Shown here piece by piece: positions 36,712 through 47,900 of a stretch of 64,000 nucleotides of DNA (positions within the stretch are counted from its first letter, which is position 1; every line of letters begins with the position of its first letter). Location: IMG/VR virus record IMGVR_UViG_3300031951_000001, positions 186,001-250,000 of that record; one strand, written 5' to 3'. The notes below the pieces were generated by a model, which was not told the DNA's origin, ran no database searches, and worked only from the letters and a program-made list of their open reading frames with translations. The translations under genes were made by a program, and so were the position numbers.

Positions 36712-37470
36712 ATGGATGCTAGTTTATTAAACGCTGCGACGGAAAATTTTAATCTTCCCCACGACGTTGTTACATTACCTTCAGGTGGTGTATTCTATAA
36801 GTCAAAAAAGAAATCAATCAAAGTAGGTTATCTAACCGCGAGTGATGAGAACGTTATTATAAATGCCGCTTTATATAATAAAGATTATTTTGTTCTTAAT
36901 TTATTACGTAACAAAGTTTATGAACATGATTTGAGACCTGAAGAGTTATTGGAGGGAGATGTTGAAGCGGTTTTAATTTTCCTTAGAAACACATCTTTCG
37001 GACCTGAATATTCAATTAACGTAGAAGACCCAGGAACAGGTAAAAATTTCCAAACTACCATTGTGTTAGATGAATTGTATATCAAACAAACTGAACATAA
37101 ACCAAATGAAGAAGGTTTGTTCATTACAAAATTACCTAAAACTGAGTCCGAAGTTAAATTAAGATTACTTACATATAGTGAAGTTATAGAGTTGAATAAA
37201 ATGGCTGATGAATATCCGGCCGGTAGAGTCGCTCCAAGAGTACAATGGAGATTACAAAAACAAATTGTTGAGGTAAATGGTGAAAGAGACAAGGGTGTCA
37301 TTGCTAGATTTATCGAGAACCTTCCTATTATGGACTCTAAATATATTAGAAACTTCCTTATTGACAACCAACCGTCATTAGACCTAAAAAGACAAGTAAA
37401 AGCCCCATCAGGAGAAATTGCAACAGTTACGATTGCGTTTGGGGTTGAGTTTTTTCGGCCTTTCTTCTAA
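36712..37470 (+). CDS. Tail/baseplate assembly chaperone (gp26-like)
   Basis: LPSGGVFY, YLTASDE, LLEGDVEAVLIFLR and a C-terminal EFFRP; located between the tube and tape measure genes. Confidence 0.75.
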   Translation: MDASLLNAATENFNLPHDVVTLPSGGVFYKSKKKSIKVGYLTASDENVIINAALYNKDYFVLNLLRNKVYEHDLRPEELLEGDVEAVLIFLRNTSFGPEYSINVEDPGTGKNFQTTIVLDELYIKQTEHKPNEEGLFITKLPKTESEVKLRLLTYSEVIELNKMADEYPAGRVAPRVQWRLQKQIVEVNGERDKGVIARFIENLPIMDSKYIRNFLIDNQPSLDLKRQVKAPSGEIATVTIAFGVEFFRPFF

Positions 37471-37612
37471 TTACCGGCAGTATCTTACAGATGAATTTTT
37501 ATTGATGGGTAGATTTTTGAGAACACAATATAGTGAATTCTTGAGTATGCCCACTTATGTGAGAAAATACTTGGTTGATAAAATCATAGAATATAATACT
37601 CCGAAAAGTTAA
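37457..37612 (+). CDS. gp51/GT-like chaperone extension, probably reached by +1 frameshift
   Basis: Open +1 frame overlapping the chaperone end; contains EFLSMPTYVRKYLVDKIIE; TTT TTT CGG at the junction. Confidence 0.6.
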   Translation, partial: GLSSNYRQYLTDEFLLMGRFLRTQYSEFLSMPTYVRKYLVDKIIEYNTPKS

Positions 37613-37628
37613 AAACTTTAATTTGTTC

Positions 37629-37636
37629 TATTTATA
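37629..37636 (+). promoter_or_regulatory. TATTTATA putative late promoter (tape measure)
   Basis: Exact motif 15 nt before ATG 37652. Confidence 0.6.
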
Positions 37637-37651
37637 TAAAAATAGAACCTG

Positions 37652-39526
37652 ATGTTAGAAGGAGAAGGTGACAAGAAGGACACCACAAAAAAATCCGCGT
37701 TAGAAGAGATTAAAGGTGTTATTAGTGATTTCGCTACCGAGATAGGAGACGCTCTTGCGACTAACATAAATCCTGATAGGATGTTAGAAAAACTATTTGA
37801 GGTTGATGATGCCGCCAAAGCAATTGCTAAATCTTTCGGTACCGGTACGGATAATATAGTTAATCTAAAGATGTCCATGACCAATGCGGTCACGGAGGTA
37901 ACCAAGTTGGGAGGTAATTTTGAAAAGATTGCTCAAATTCAACAAACAGTCGGTGAGTCAGTAGGTAGAAATGTGGTTATTGCTTCTGAGGCGTATGCAA
38001 AGTTATATGCTGCTGGTGAGGTATCTGGAAAGCAGGCCGCGGAATTTGTTCCAAAATTCAAAGATGTTGGTATCTCAATATATCAAGCGGGAACACAAAT
38101 GGAAAAAATTGTTAATACTGCAAGAGAAATAGGGGTTAATGTGGGGACGGTAACTGGAGAGGTTATGAAACACATGGATAAGTTGAACCTTATTACTTTC
38201 CAAGGAGGAGTTGAAGGTTTAGCTAAAATGGCGGCTCATGCCACTTCTATTAATATGGATATGGGTAAAACTTTGGAATTTGCCGAAAAAGTGTATAATC
38301 CTGAAGGTGCAATTGAAACGGCTGCGGCTTTACAGAGATTAGGTGTAACACAATCACAACTTCTTGACCCTTTGAGATTAATGGATTTGTCACAGAATGA
38401 CCCTGAAGAATTACAAAGACAGATTGCTGATTTAGGTAAAGACTTTGTAAAGTTAAATGAAAAAGGTCAATTTGAAATTATTAAAGGAGAACAAAGAAGA
38501 CTTAAAGAGGTTGCTAAAGAATTGGGTATGATGCCGGCCGAATTTGCAAAAATGGCGATTGGTGCAAAGGAACTCGAAGACAAACTACAGAAGATTAAAT
38601 TCCCTGATACGATAACTGAAGAACAAAAACAATTCATTGCCAACATGGCAGAAATGAATGAAAAGGGTGAGTATGTTATTTCGTATGAGGGTAAGGATAG
38701 GGAAGTTAATGATTTAATGAAAGAGTTTGGTGGAGACCAAGCAAAGTTGGCAAAATTCATGGAAGATAGTAAACCAAAAACCATGGAGGACCTCGCCACC
38801 CAACAATTAACAACTCTACAAGGAATAAAGGCAAGTATTGATTCACTGCAAGATAGAGGAGGATATGCTTTTGGAGGAAGTGAAGTAGGTCAAGACGCTA
38901 TCGAGGCTGTGGTTGCGGGTTATAAAAAAACTGCAGACGCTTTTGATGAAATCGACATCAAAGGTATGAGAAAAATTTATGACGAAGGGGCAACTGATTT
39001 TGTTGATACATTGAATAGAGTTATTAGAGGTGAAGATAGTGTTGAAGCGGTATTCAAATCTATGACAGGAATAGCAAAACAAACATCAGAGTTTTTAGAA
39101 AAAGGATTTAACTCGGCAATAGAAAGTGCGAAAAACAGTACATTAGAGTTATCAACTAGTCAAAATAAATTTGCTCAGTTATTGACAACTGTCACGGGTC
39201 AATTTGCTAAAAACGAAGGAATGACGGGGGATAACCAAACAGCAAACGCTGGTACGACAACCACAACAGCAACAAATCCTAATCTTACACAAATGGCGAC
39301 AAACAATGCCACGATGGGAACAACTGCAAATCAAACAATGACAACCAATTCAAACTCAAATATATCGTTAAATATTAAAATTGATTCCCCTCCAGGAGTA
39401 GATGCTTCAACACTCGAAAAAATATTCCAAGACCCCGTATTCAAACAGACGTTATTACAAGCGGTTGAGACCGCCGCTAAACAAAATGGTTTAACTCCAT
39501 CAGCTACGGGTATTGTGAAAAAATAA
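37652..39526 (+). CDS. Tape measure protein
   Basis: Ala/Gln/Lys/Glu-rich helical sequence in the canonical position after tube and chaperone. Confidence 0.7.
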   Translation: MLEGEGDKKDTTKKSALEEIKGVISDFATEIGDALATNINPDRMLEKLFEVDDAAKAIAKSFGTGTDNIVNLKMSMTNAVTEVTKLGGNFEKIAQIQQTVGESVGRNVVIASEAYAKLYAAGEVSGKQAAEFVPKFKDVGISIYQAGTQMEKIVNTAREIGVNVGTVTGEVMKHMDKLNLITFQGGVEGLAKMAAHATSINMDMGKTLEFAEKVYNPEGAIETAAALQRLGVTQSQLLDPLRLMDLSQNDPEELQRQIADLGKDFVKLNEKGQFEIIKGEQRRLKEVAKELGMMPAEFAKMAIGAKELEDKLQKIKFPDTITEEQKQFIANMAEMNEKGEYVISYEGKDREVNDLMKEFGGDQAKLAKFMEDSKPKTMEDLATQQLTTLQGIKASIDSLQDRGGYAFGGSEVGQDAIEAVVAGYKKTADAFDEIDIKGMRKIYDEGATDFVDTLNRVIRGEDSVEAVFKSMTGIAKQTSEFLEKGFNSAIESAKNSTLELSTSQNKFAQLLTTVTGQFAKNEGMTGDNQTANAGTTTTTATNPNLTQMATNNATMGTTANQTMTTNSNSNISLNIKIDSPPGVDASTLEKIFQDPVFKQTLLQAVETAAKQNGLTPSATGIVKK

Positions 39527-39557
39527 CAAGTCATCTATTTATAATAAAGTTTAATTG

Positions 39558-42500
39558 ATGTCCGAAAGTAGTTTATCATTTTCGTCAACACAGTCCTTTA
39601 GAGACAAATTGATTGCGAGAAACTTGGCACCTTATAATGTGCCGGGTGTTTATTCTCCACCGGCAAATCAATTAATGTATGAATATATCCAATCAAATCT
39701 TTCGGTAATTAATTCACCTGATGAATTAATTGCTGAAAACCCATTTGCTAATAAATTATACCCATTAAACGAATTCGGACCTGAAGGTGGATATAATTTA
39801 GACATAACATATAATGGACCTTTATTACCTGTTGACCCAAACCAAGGACCATATTACCCTTTTTCAGTAAGTCCATTAGTTTTGTCATCAGATTATTATT
39901 TGAGTGGGTCGGCATTTGCTCCGAATAATCAGAATAGATTTTTACCTGATGGAGGATATAACTATTTATATAGTACTGAAGATATCCCGTTAAGTTTTAA
40001 ATATTTTGTTCAATACTGGGAACCACCAAGTTTTGTACCTTCAACTTATTCGCCATATCAAATATTATTATCAAATAATCCGACGGGTGACAATGGACCG
40101 TTATCACAGGACTCATATATTGCTAAACTTGGGGCCGAACAATTAAAAAAATTGTTTGAGGTTAGGATTAATGCTGAAATATATCAAAATAGTTTAGGTT
40201 TAGTAAATTTACAGGCATTACAGGACCCGTTTGAGGCTAGTTTAGTTGCATCGGGTAAAGAACCTTTAATATATCGAAATTATAGAATTACTGTTCCTGA
40301 AAACCCTATATCAAGAACAGTAGATTTGGCAACAAGACTTGCTAGTGCTTATTGGCCGGTATCACCAATACCAGGTGATTATTTTGACGAAAATACACCT
40401 AATGGTCAATCACCACAGATATCTAACGCTCTTAATGTTACAAATCAACTAACAGGTGGATTTTTAGGTCCGATATTAAATATTACAAGAAATCCGTCTG
40501 AAATATTTTTGGCGAATACGGGTAATGCTCAAAGGTCGGCACTTTTCAATAACCTTGATTATAATAGGTATCAACCATCATATCAGGAACAATTTGGTGG
40601 TTTATTGGGAATAGCTTCGGGTATAATAAACGCCGCGGTTGATTTATTGGGGGGTAGTAGTGCAGGCCCTGGTTATTATGTAGGAAGTAAGAATGCCGAA
40701 CCAAGTACAATTACTTCTCCACCAAACCAAGTACCGGTTAATCCTTATGGACAACAAGTAAACGCCCCTGTATATGGGCCATCTGAATTAGGTATTTTAT
40801 ATGAAGGGAATGAAACCCAAATTAATTTTGGTTTAAAGGCAAAAAATTATTCTGATACTGGTGATATAACAGGTGCTTTTGTTTGGACATCACCTAAATA
40901 TAAAGGTGCTGCGGGTTATAAACCAACAGTCGGAGGAGGAAAGGGTAGTAGAGACGAAGAGTTTAATATAGTTAGCGGAAATTACACTAAAGGGGAGTCC
41001 ACAAACATTGATTTTAAGAAAAATTCAATATTAGATAACACCCAAAGGATTATTCAATCTGCGGATAACGTACAAGGAATTCAAAAATTAAAACACGTAG
41101 GTAATGCGATTAATCAAGTAAGTAAGGTGTTCAATGACGGGTATAAAGAAATGACAAAAGGTTCTCAAGTTGTTTCTTATACTGATAATACAACTGGTGG
41201 TGAAGTTGGTAGAGAATACTGTAGGGTATTTGCTAAAGATATTCCTTATTTAACATATGCTGATTTACAAAAAAGAGATGGTATAACAAAGTCGGGTAGA
41301 AGATTTACCAATTCTGTAATGGATAGTACCTACAATTTAAATATTGCTCCTTTAAGAGGTTCAGGTGATGATAGAATTGGTTCTACTAATCTATTGAAAG
41401 GAGCGGATGGTAAGATTGTTGCTAAAAAATATATGTTCTCTATTGAGAACTTGGCTTGGAGAACTTCGTCAAGACCTGGTTTTACATATGATGAATTACC
41501 TGATTGTGAAAAAGGACCAAATGGAGGCCGAGTTATGTGGTTTCCTCCATACGATATTAAATTCAATGAGTCAAGTACTGCGAATTGGAACCCAACTTCA
41601 TTTATCGGAAGACCTGAACCAATTTATACCTATAAAGACACAAGTAGAACGGGTAGTTTAAGTTGGAAAATAATTGTAGATAGTCCTTCTGTAATAAATG
41701 CCATAATTGAAAAACAATTAAAGGGACAAAGTAAGGAAAGAGTTAATTCAATAATTGATTCATTCTTTGCGGGATGTGTAAAATACGACATATATGAATT
41801 GGCAAAAAAATTCAACACGATTCCCTCAAAAGATTTATTTACATATCAAGAAATAATCAATAATCCAAGATTAACACCTGAAGAATTGGCCGGTGTTAAA
41901 AGAGAGATTCCTGTCAATTATCAAGTGGATGTTATCACTCCTGGTGTCGCTGAAGAAGTACCACAAGTTACAGAAGACACCACTCTTGCGTCCTTCAACT
42001 CAAATTATTTAGGGTTTGCATTTTATTTTGATAACGATGTGCCTGGCCCTCAAGACAAAACTGTTACAACCACAAGTGAAGATTTTGAAAGTGCTTATAA
42101 TATCTACATAGGACAGAAATCTAATTATAGTTCGACCGCTTCTGTAACTTTTCCTTCAGGAAGTGCTGAGGCGAATACTGATGAGTTCTTTACGGAAATA
42201 ATTGAAAATAATTTTAATATTATAAATAATAAATTTATTCCGGACGCAATAGATATTTTATCAAACAAAAAAGGAACAATCAGTATTACAATGGTTGGTT
42301 CTGCGTCAGCTAAAGCAAGTACTCAATATAATGATGCTTTATCAAAAAGACGTATAGACTCGGTTAAAAATTATTTTCGTAGTAAGGGATTAGGTCAATA
42401 TATTGATACGGATAAAACATTTACAATCACATCAGAACAAGGTTCAGGAGAATCAATCACAATACCCCAATATTCATTAGAAGTGACTACGGGAGCGACT

Positions 42501-44585
42501 ACAGCCTCAACAATTGATTCAGGAACTCAAGGGTCGGTTGATTGTACCGCTGACATTAAAGATAAAAATAATAAAGTAACAACTAACTCACAAACTTATT
42601 CTGTCAGTGCTATGGCATGTAGACGAGTTAGAATATCTAATATAAATGTAACCCCATTACCAACCCCTACACCCCCTAAAAAACCTGACCCTACACCTAT
42701 TAAAACGACAGAAACAAGAACATCCGCATCAACTATAACCGAATACCCACCACAGCCACAACCAACAGTTGACATTGTTAAGAAATTAAAAGATGGTATA
42801 GGTAAGAAAATATTAAGACAATTATTTTCCGAGTGCGATTATTTTGAGGTTATTAAAGAAACTAATCCTTTTGTATACGACTCAATTCAAGAAAAAATAA
42901 AATATTTTAATCCTGCGTTTCACTCTATGACCCCTGAAGGATTAAATGCTAGGTTAACTTTCTTGAATCAATGTGTTAGACCTGGTGAAACAATACCTGT
43001 GATAGGGCCTGATGGAACACCAAAATACAATGATGCCGTGAATACCTCATTCGGGGCACCACCTGTTTTGATTTTAAGAATTGGAGATTTTTTCCACACC
43101 AAGATAATACCAACTAGCTTACAAATAGGATATGAGCCTTTGATTTTTGACCTAAATCCTGAAGGTATTGGGGTACAACCAATGATTGCCAACATATCCT
43201 TATCGTTTAATGTTATCGGTGGTCAGGGTATTGCTAAACCTGTCGAACAATTACAGAACGCATTGTCGTTTAATTACTATGGTAACACTGAAGTTTATGA
43301 CGATAGAGCAGTATTCACGGAAGATACTTCAGCGTTAGATAAAACTTTGGTACAGGGTATTATTGATGGAGAACAGCCTGCAACACCAAATCAAGTTGAT
43401 AATCAACAACCTAATGATGGTGGGACAACTATTGGTACAATAATAACTAATATACCAGCGGCTAGCGGACAAACAGGTGAGATTGGATATAAGGATATTA
43501 TGGACAAACTTTATGATAATACTAAAGATTATTTTTCAACTATCGTTAATCAACTTGAAAAAGTTGTCTTGGTTAATAACTATGGTGTGCTCATGATGTT
43601 AAATGATAGAAGAGAAAGTAATCCTGAAAGTACTGAATTACCGACAAAAAATGGGGATGAAGATGAAAAAGTTATAATATATGGTAATCCTGGAAACTAC
43701 GAAGAACCTGTCCAATCGTTGTTTGACAGAAACATTGAAAATGTAATTAACGATGATAACCCAATTATTTCCGATTTCATAGACAAACATGGAACGGCTT
43801 ACAATGAAACAACTAAAATAGATAACTTGAAAAATAATTTGAATAATTATCTCAAAGCGTTTCAGGCTGAGTTTTCTAATTCGATATCAACTATAGTACA
43901 AGAAATCACTATTTTTGAGCAAGACTTTTATCAGACAGTTAGAAAAGTTAGTTTAGTTTCAGAAAAGTTAGACGGAAAACTTTTATCAGGAAATGTTCCA
44001 AGAGTTTATAATACTGTCGGAACATCTGAAGTATCAACATCTAGTGAAAATTCACCTGCCGATACTTTGGTGGAATTAAGGTCCGACTTCCAATCCTTTA
44101 TTGATGTATTACCAGAATTTAATGAATTAATATCTGTAACATACGCAATCGCCAATAACGCTTATTATGACGGTGACTATGATACTCCAGAATCGAGTAA
44201 TGAATTTGACCCGTCGAATACAGAAAATGATAAACTATTTTATATTATTATAAGTAGAGTTCTTACCGACGATGCTAAATTACAAACATTTCAGAAAGAT
44301 TTGGTTAAAGGGATTGATGAGGATAATCAATTTGTCCGAAGGGTTAATAGAGTGGTGGACGACGTTGCTGACAGGTACAAAAAACAATTGAAGGATGATG
44401 AGAAGTACATGAAAAACTTCAAAAAATCCAAAGATTACAAAGATTTTGAAGATGGGTTAGATAATAAATTATATGTTAAAGGAAAATTAAGAAAGTTCAC
44501 ATATGATACAACACCTGATGCGAATGTTCAGACAAATGGAGAGAAAATTAAAGACTTGTATCTAAACCCATTTAAATTTAAGTAA
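39558..44585 (+). CDS. Baseplate/tube-initiator protein with inserted OmpA-like peptidoglycan-binding domain
   Basis: Tube-initiator motifs FIGRPEPIYTY...RTGSLSW and PPVLILRIG...PMIANISLSF flank an OmpA-like segment (FYFDND, GSASA, YNDALSKRRIDSV, CRRVRI). TATTTATA at 39536-43. Confidence 0.7.
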   Translation: MSESSLSFSSTQSFRDKLIARNLAPYNVPGVYSPPANQLMYEYIQSNLSVINSPDELIAENPFANKLYPLNEFGPEGGYNLDITYNGPLLPVDPNQGPYYPFSVSPLVLSSDYYLSGSAFAPNNQNRFLPDGGYNYLYSTEDIPLSFKYFVQYWEPPSFVPSTYSPYQILLSNNPTGDNGPLSQDSYIAKLGAEQLKKLFEVRINAEIYQNSLGLVNLQALQDPFEASLVASGKEPLIYRNYRITVPENPISRTVDLATRLASAYWPVSPIPGDYFDENTPNGQSPQISNALNVTNQLTGGFLGPILNITRNPSEIFLANTGNAQRSALFNNLDYNRYQPSYQEQFGGLLGIASGIINAAVDLLGGSSAGPGYYVGSKNAEPSTITSPPNQVPVNPYGQQVNAPVYGPSELGILYEGNETQINFGLKAKNYSDTGDITGAFVWTSPKYKGAAGYKPTVGGGKGSRDEEFNIVSGNYTKGESTNIDFKKNSILDNTQRIIQSADNVQGIQKLKHVGNAINQVSKVFNDGYKEMTKGSQVVSYTDNTTGGEVGREYCRVFAKDIPYLTYADLQKRDGITKSGRRFTNSVMDSTYNLNIAPLRGSGDDRIGSTNLLKGADGKIVAKKYMFSIENLAWRTSSRPGFTYDELPDCEKGPNGGRVMWFPPYDIKFNESSTANWNPTSFIGRPEPIYTYKDTSRTGSLSWKIIVDSPSVINAIIEKQLKGQSKERVNSIIDSFFAGCVKYDIYELAKKFNTIPSKDLFTYQEIINNPRLTPEELAGVKREIPVNYQVDVITPGVAEEVPQVTEDTTLASFNSNYLGFAFYFDNDVPGPQDKTVTTTSEDFESAYNIYIGQKSNYSSTASVTFPSGSAEANTDEFFTEIIENNFNIINNKFIPDAIDILSNKKGTISITMVGSASAKASTQYNDALSKRRIDSVKNYFRSKGLGQYIDTDKTFTITSEQGSGESITIPQYSLEVTTGATTASTIDSGTQGSVDCTADIKDKNNKVTTNSQTYSVSAMACRRVRISNINVTPLPTPTPPKKPDPTPIKTTETRTSASTITEYPPQPQPTVDIVKKLKDGIGKKILRQLFSECDYFEVIKETNPFVYDSIQEKIKYFNPAFHSMTPEGLNARLTFLNQCVRPGETIPVIGPDGTPKYNDAVNTSFGAPPVLILRIGDFFHTKIIPTSLQIGYEPLIFDLNPEGIGVQPMIANISLSFNVIGGQGIAKPVEQLQNALSFNYYGNTEVYDDRAVFTEDTSALDKTLVQGIIDGEQPATPNQVDNQQPNDGGTTIGTIITNIPAASGQTGEIGYKDIMDKLYDNTKDYFSTIVNQLEKVVLVNNYGVLMMLNDRRESNPESTELPTKNGDEDEKVIIYGNPGNYEEPVQSLFDRNIENVINDDNPIISDFIDKHGTAYNETTKIDNLKNNLNNYLKAFQAEFSNSISTIVQEITIFEQDFYQTVRKVSLVSEKLDGKLLSGNVPRVYNTVGTSEVSTSSENSPADTLVELRSDFQSFIDVLPEFNELISVTYAIANNAYYDGDYDTPESSNEFDPSNTENDKLFYIIISRVLTDDAKLQTFQKDLVKGIDEDNQFVRRVNRVVDDVADRYKKQLKDDEKYMKNFKKSKDYKDFEDGLDNKLYVKGKLRKFTYDTTPDANVQTNGEKIKDLYLNPFKFK

Positions 44586-44586
44586 C

Positions 44587-44913
44587 ATGGCCGGCAGACA
44601 ATATTTTAATAGGTATAGTAATTTTGTAATTAACGGACAACAAACTGTTGTTCCTTATGTAAATCTGCCGAGTAAATCAACAGATAAAAGATTTATATAT
44701 AAGATAGGTCAATCAAGATTAGATAAGATGTCACAACAATATTATGGTACTCCATATTTCGGATGGTTGATATTAGCAGCAAACCCAATTTATGGAGGTC
44801 AAGAATGGAATATTGCTGACGGGTCTATATTGACTATTCCGTTTCCTTTAGTAGCTTCGTTACAAGACTATAAAAACGCTTTAGACAATCACTTCTTCTA
44901 CTATGGTAGGTAA
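44587..44913 (+). CDS. LysM-like baseplate wedge protein (gp53-like)
   Basis: RLDKMSQQYYGTPYFGWLILAANP...LTIP. Confidence 0.8.
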   Translation: MAGRQYFNRYSNFVINGQQTVVPYVNLPSKSTDKRFIYKIGQSRLDKMSQQYYGTPYFGWLILAANPIYGGQEWNIADGSILTIPFPLVASLQDYKNALDNHFFYYGR

Positions 44914-47900
44914 TAACGAAAATATATTAACGGAATTTGATTATAACAACATTACCATAGTTGACCCAAATAAAGTAGTTGACGCTCAAGGTAAAGTTAA
45001 AGAAAGATTTGTGAACCAAGAAGACTTGGTTTATTATGTTAATTTGGAATGTAAAATGCTCCCAAGAACAAAACTAGCTTTGGGAGTTGCTAACAATGAT
45101 TCACTACAAACTATATCGGTCGCTTCGATAAATTTTTTGAAACCTGGTGGTAAAACATTTTTAGATAATTCTTATACCGACGAGATAACAGGAGAAAATT
45201 CAGTAAAAGGCGAAGGTGTTAACCAACCAAAAAAGACGGCAATTTCAAACCCAAATAAGAGTGACGATTTTTATATTAGACAAACAATAACATCAGGTGG
45301 AAAACAAGGGTCTACTGATAATGGGTTATTGGGGGTAAGAAATATAACTGTAAAGTTAGATACTTCATTCTTACCAATTATTACAGTAGAGCTTATTGAT
45401 GTTAAAGGCAGAGCATTATTTGAAGGTGGAAACAATTCTCCATACGCCGCGTTTTTTAATCTACCATACCCCAAATTCTTTTTAACCCTCAAAGGTTATT
45501 ACGGTAAGGCAATTCAATTAGAATTAATGTTACAAAGCTTCAATTCTCGTTTTGATGCTGGAACAAGTAATTTTGAAATATCATTAGTTTTTTACACTTA
45601 CAAATATACAATGTTGTCCGAAATATCGATGGGTATGTTGTTAGCGACCCCTCATATGTATAAATCTAGTGTTCAGGTTGCGGCATTGACAAGTGGTGGA
45701 GGAGCGACAACTCCTGTCAATCAAAGTTTTGCGGAAATTGGGTATGAAAAAATTAAAGAAATGTATTCAGAATATAAATCTAAAGGATTAATTCCTGATG
45801 ATTTTCCTGAATTAACTTTAATACAATTACAATATAGACTTGAGAACTTTATAAAAAACATTTTAGATAACTTTACTAAAGTTAATATGAAGCCTTTGGA
45901 TGACCTAGAGTTATATCAAAAGACTATCAATGAATATATAAGGGATGTTTATACGGCTCAAGGAGAAAAAGCGGGGTCTTGGTTTAACAAGTATATGGAT
46001 ACCAAAGCGCCATTCGTATTGGCAAATCAATTCAAGACCAAAATATATACGTTTAAAGGTAATTTAGATGCTGAAAAAAAACAAGCGGCGATTACAGAGT
46101 TAAAGTCTTTGATATCTAGTTATAATGAGAAACTAAAGACTAATAACACACTTGGGGATAAAGGGTCTTATACTATAGATAATAAGACCATACCGGCATC
46201 AATACCCGTTAAAATAACTTATGATAAAACATTTTTAAGAACATTCACGTCTGAAAATGAAATAAATTTTGAAGAAACGTTTAAGTTAATAAACGGTGTT
46301 CCTGCGACAGGAGATACACAAATTAACGAATTAAAGGCTGACTTTCAGAAAAGAAATTTATTTAATGCTTCTGATACAACAGTTAAAGACGGACAACCTG
46401 AAATAACCTATCAATATTTTGCATTTGATAACAACACCAATGAAATTATTAATAATGTTTCAAATTTTTTAGACCCGACTTTTTTTGGTGAGATAGACCA
46501 AATACAAAAAAAATTAAAAGCTTTTAGAATTCAAATAGAAGAAGACCTAACTAAAGCTCTATCTAATTTATTACAAAATTCAAATAACGGTATTGGGTTT
46601 GTCCCAAATATAAGGAATGTTTTGGCGGTTGTTTTTGCAAGTGGAGAAGCTTTCATAAGATTGATGGATGATGTTCACAGAGAGGCGTGGAATCAAAGGG
46701 ATGCTCCCGCAAGAAAAAATGCAATTTTTAATAAACAAATTGAAAGTGCGTCACAGGACGCTTTGGACCCGGGGTTAAATAATGAAAATCCTGTTTATCC
46801 ATGGCCTCAGTTTTTAGTAGAAACCGCAGGGGAAAACGGACAAGAAAAATATGAAATAAAATACCCTGGAGACAGCGATGTTATACAACAAACTCAAGGA
46901 TTTCAATATGATGTTTGGCCTGAAATAGAATTTGAAGAAGAATTTATAAAAGGATACATAGAAAGAACTTTACCACCACAAAACCCGAGCACAAATTTTA
47001 ATGAACTAACCGAACCAAAGAGAATTTCGTTCAATGCTATGGAATTCCCAATAAACAACATTGTTTTTTCGAATAAAGAAGAGATTAAGTTTTTCTTTGA
47101 AATTTATGAAAGAATAAATTTTGTAACATATTATTCAAAACTTTCGAGATGTTCTAACTCTATTGCGGAATCAGATAAAATAATCGATTTGTTGGCAGAT
47201 GCTGAGGCAACAAATATGGTTACAAGTTTGGGGGATACAAATCCGTTCCTACTTGACAAGTTAAAAAATTATGCGTTCAACTCTCAAAATTATTTATCCA
47301 CACTCAGGGGATTTTCGAATGATGGAACGGGACAAAGTTGGCAGAATTATTTGAGAGGAATTTACAATACAAATTATATAAGAAATTTAATATCAAATTC
47401 TGAGTTTGAATTTATGGATTTGAATACATTACTTGCACCAGTATCAGAACCGCTTGTAAGTTTAGAAAAAGAACAAGATATTATTGATTATTTGGCTCAA
47501 GCATCGCTCTCAAATGTTTTTGATGTTACTGATATATATCCTTTCATAAGTAACGCTTGGTCTAAAAGTGGGTTGGCGAATGGTAAAAATGTGGCCGACG
47601 CTAAACAAGCGTTTACCACCGACAAAATACTGACATTCAATAAAACTAAAAAAGTCATAACGAATTTTTTGGATGCGACAAGTCCCGAAGAAAAAAGAAT
47701 AGTAACTAACTTTATATATAAGACCAATAACGTACCCAACATTACTAACGAAAATATAAAAAGTTTTTACGAAGGAAGAACACCCAAGAAACAACTTGTT
47801 ACTGAAGGTAATATTACTTATTCAGGTTATAATGGGCTGTTAACAAGTAGTCAAACTACCTCAATGTTTAACACTCCATTCTTTATAAATTCAATTTCGG

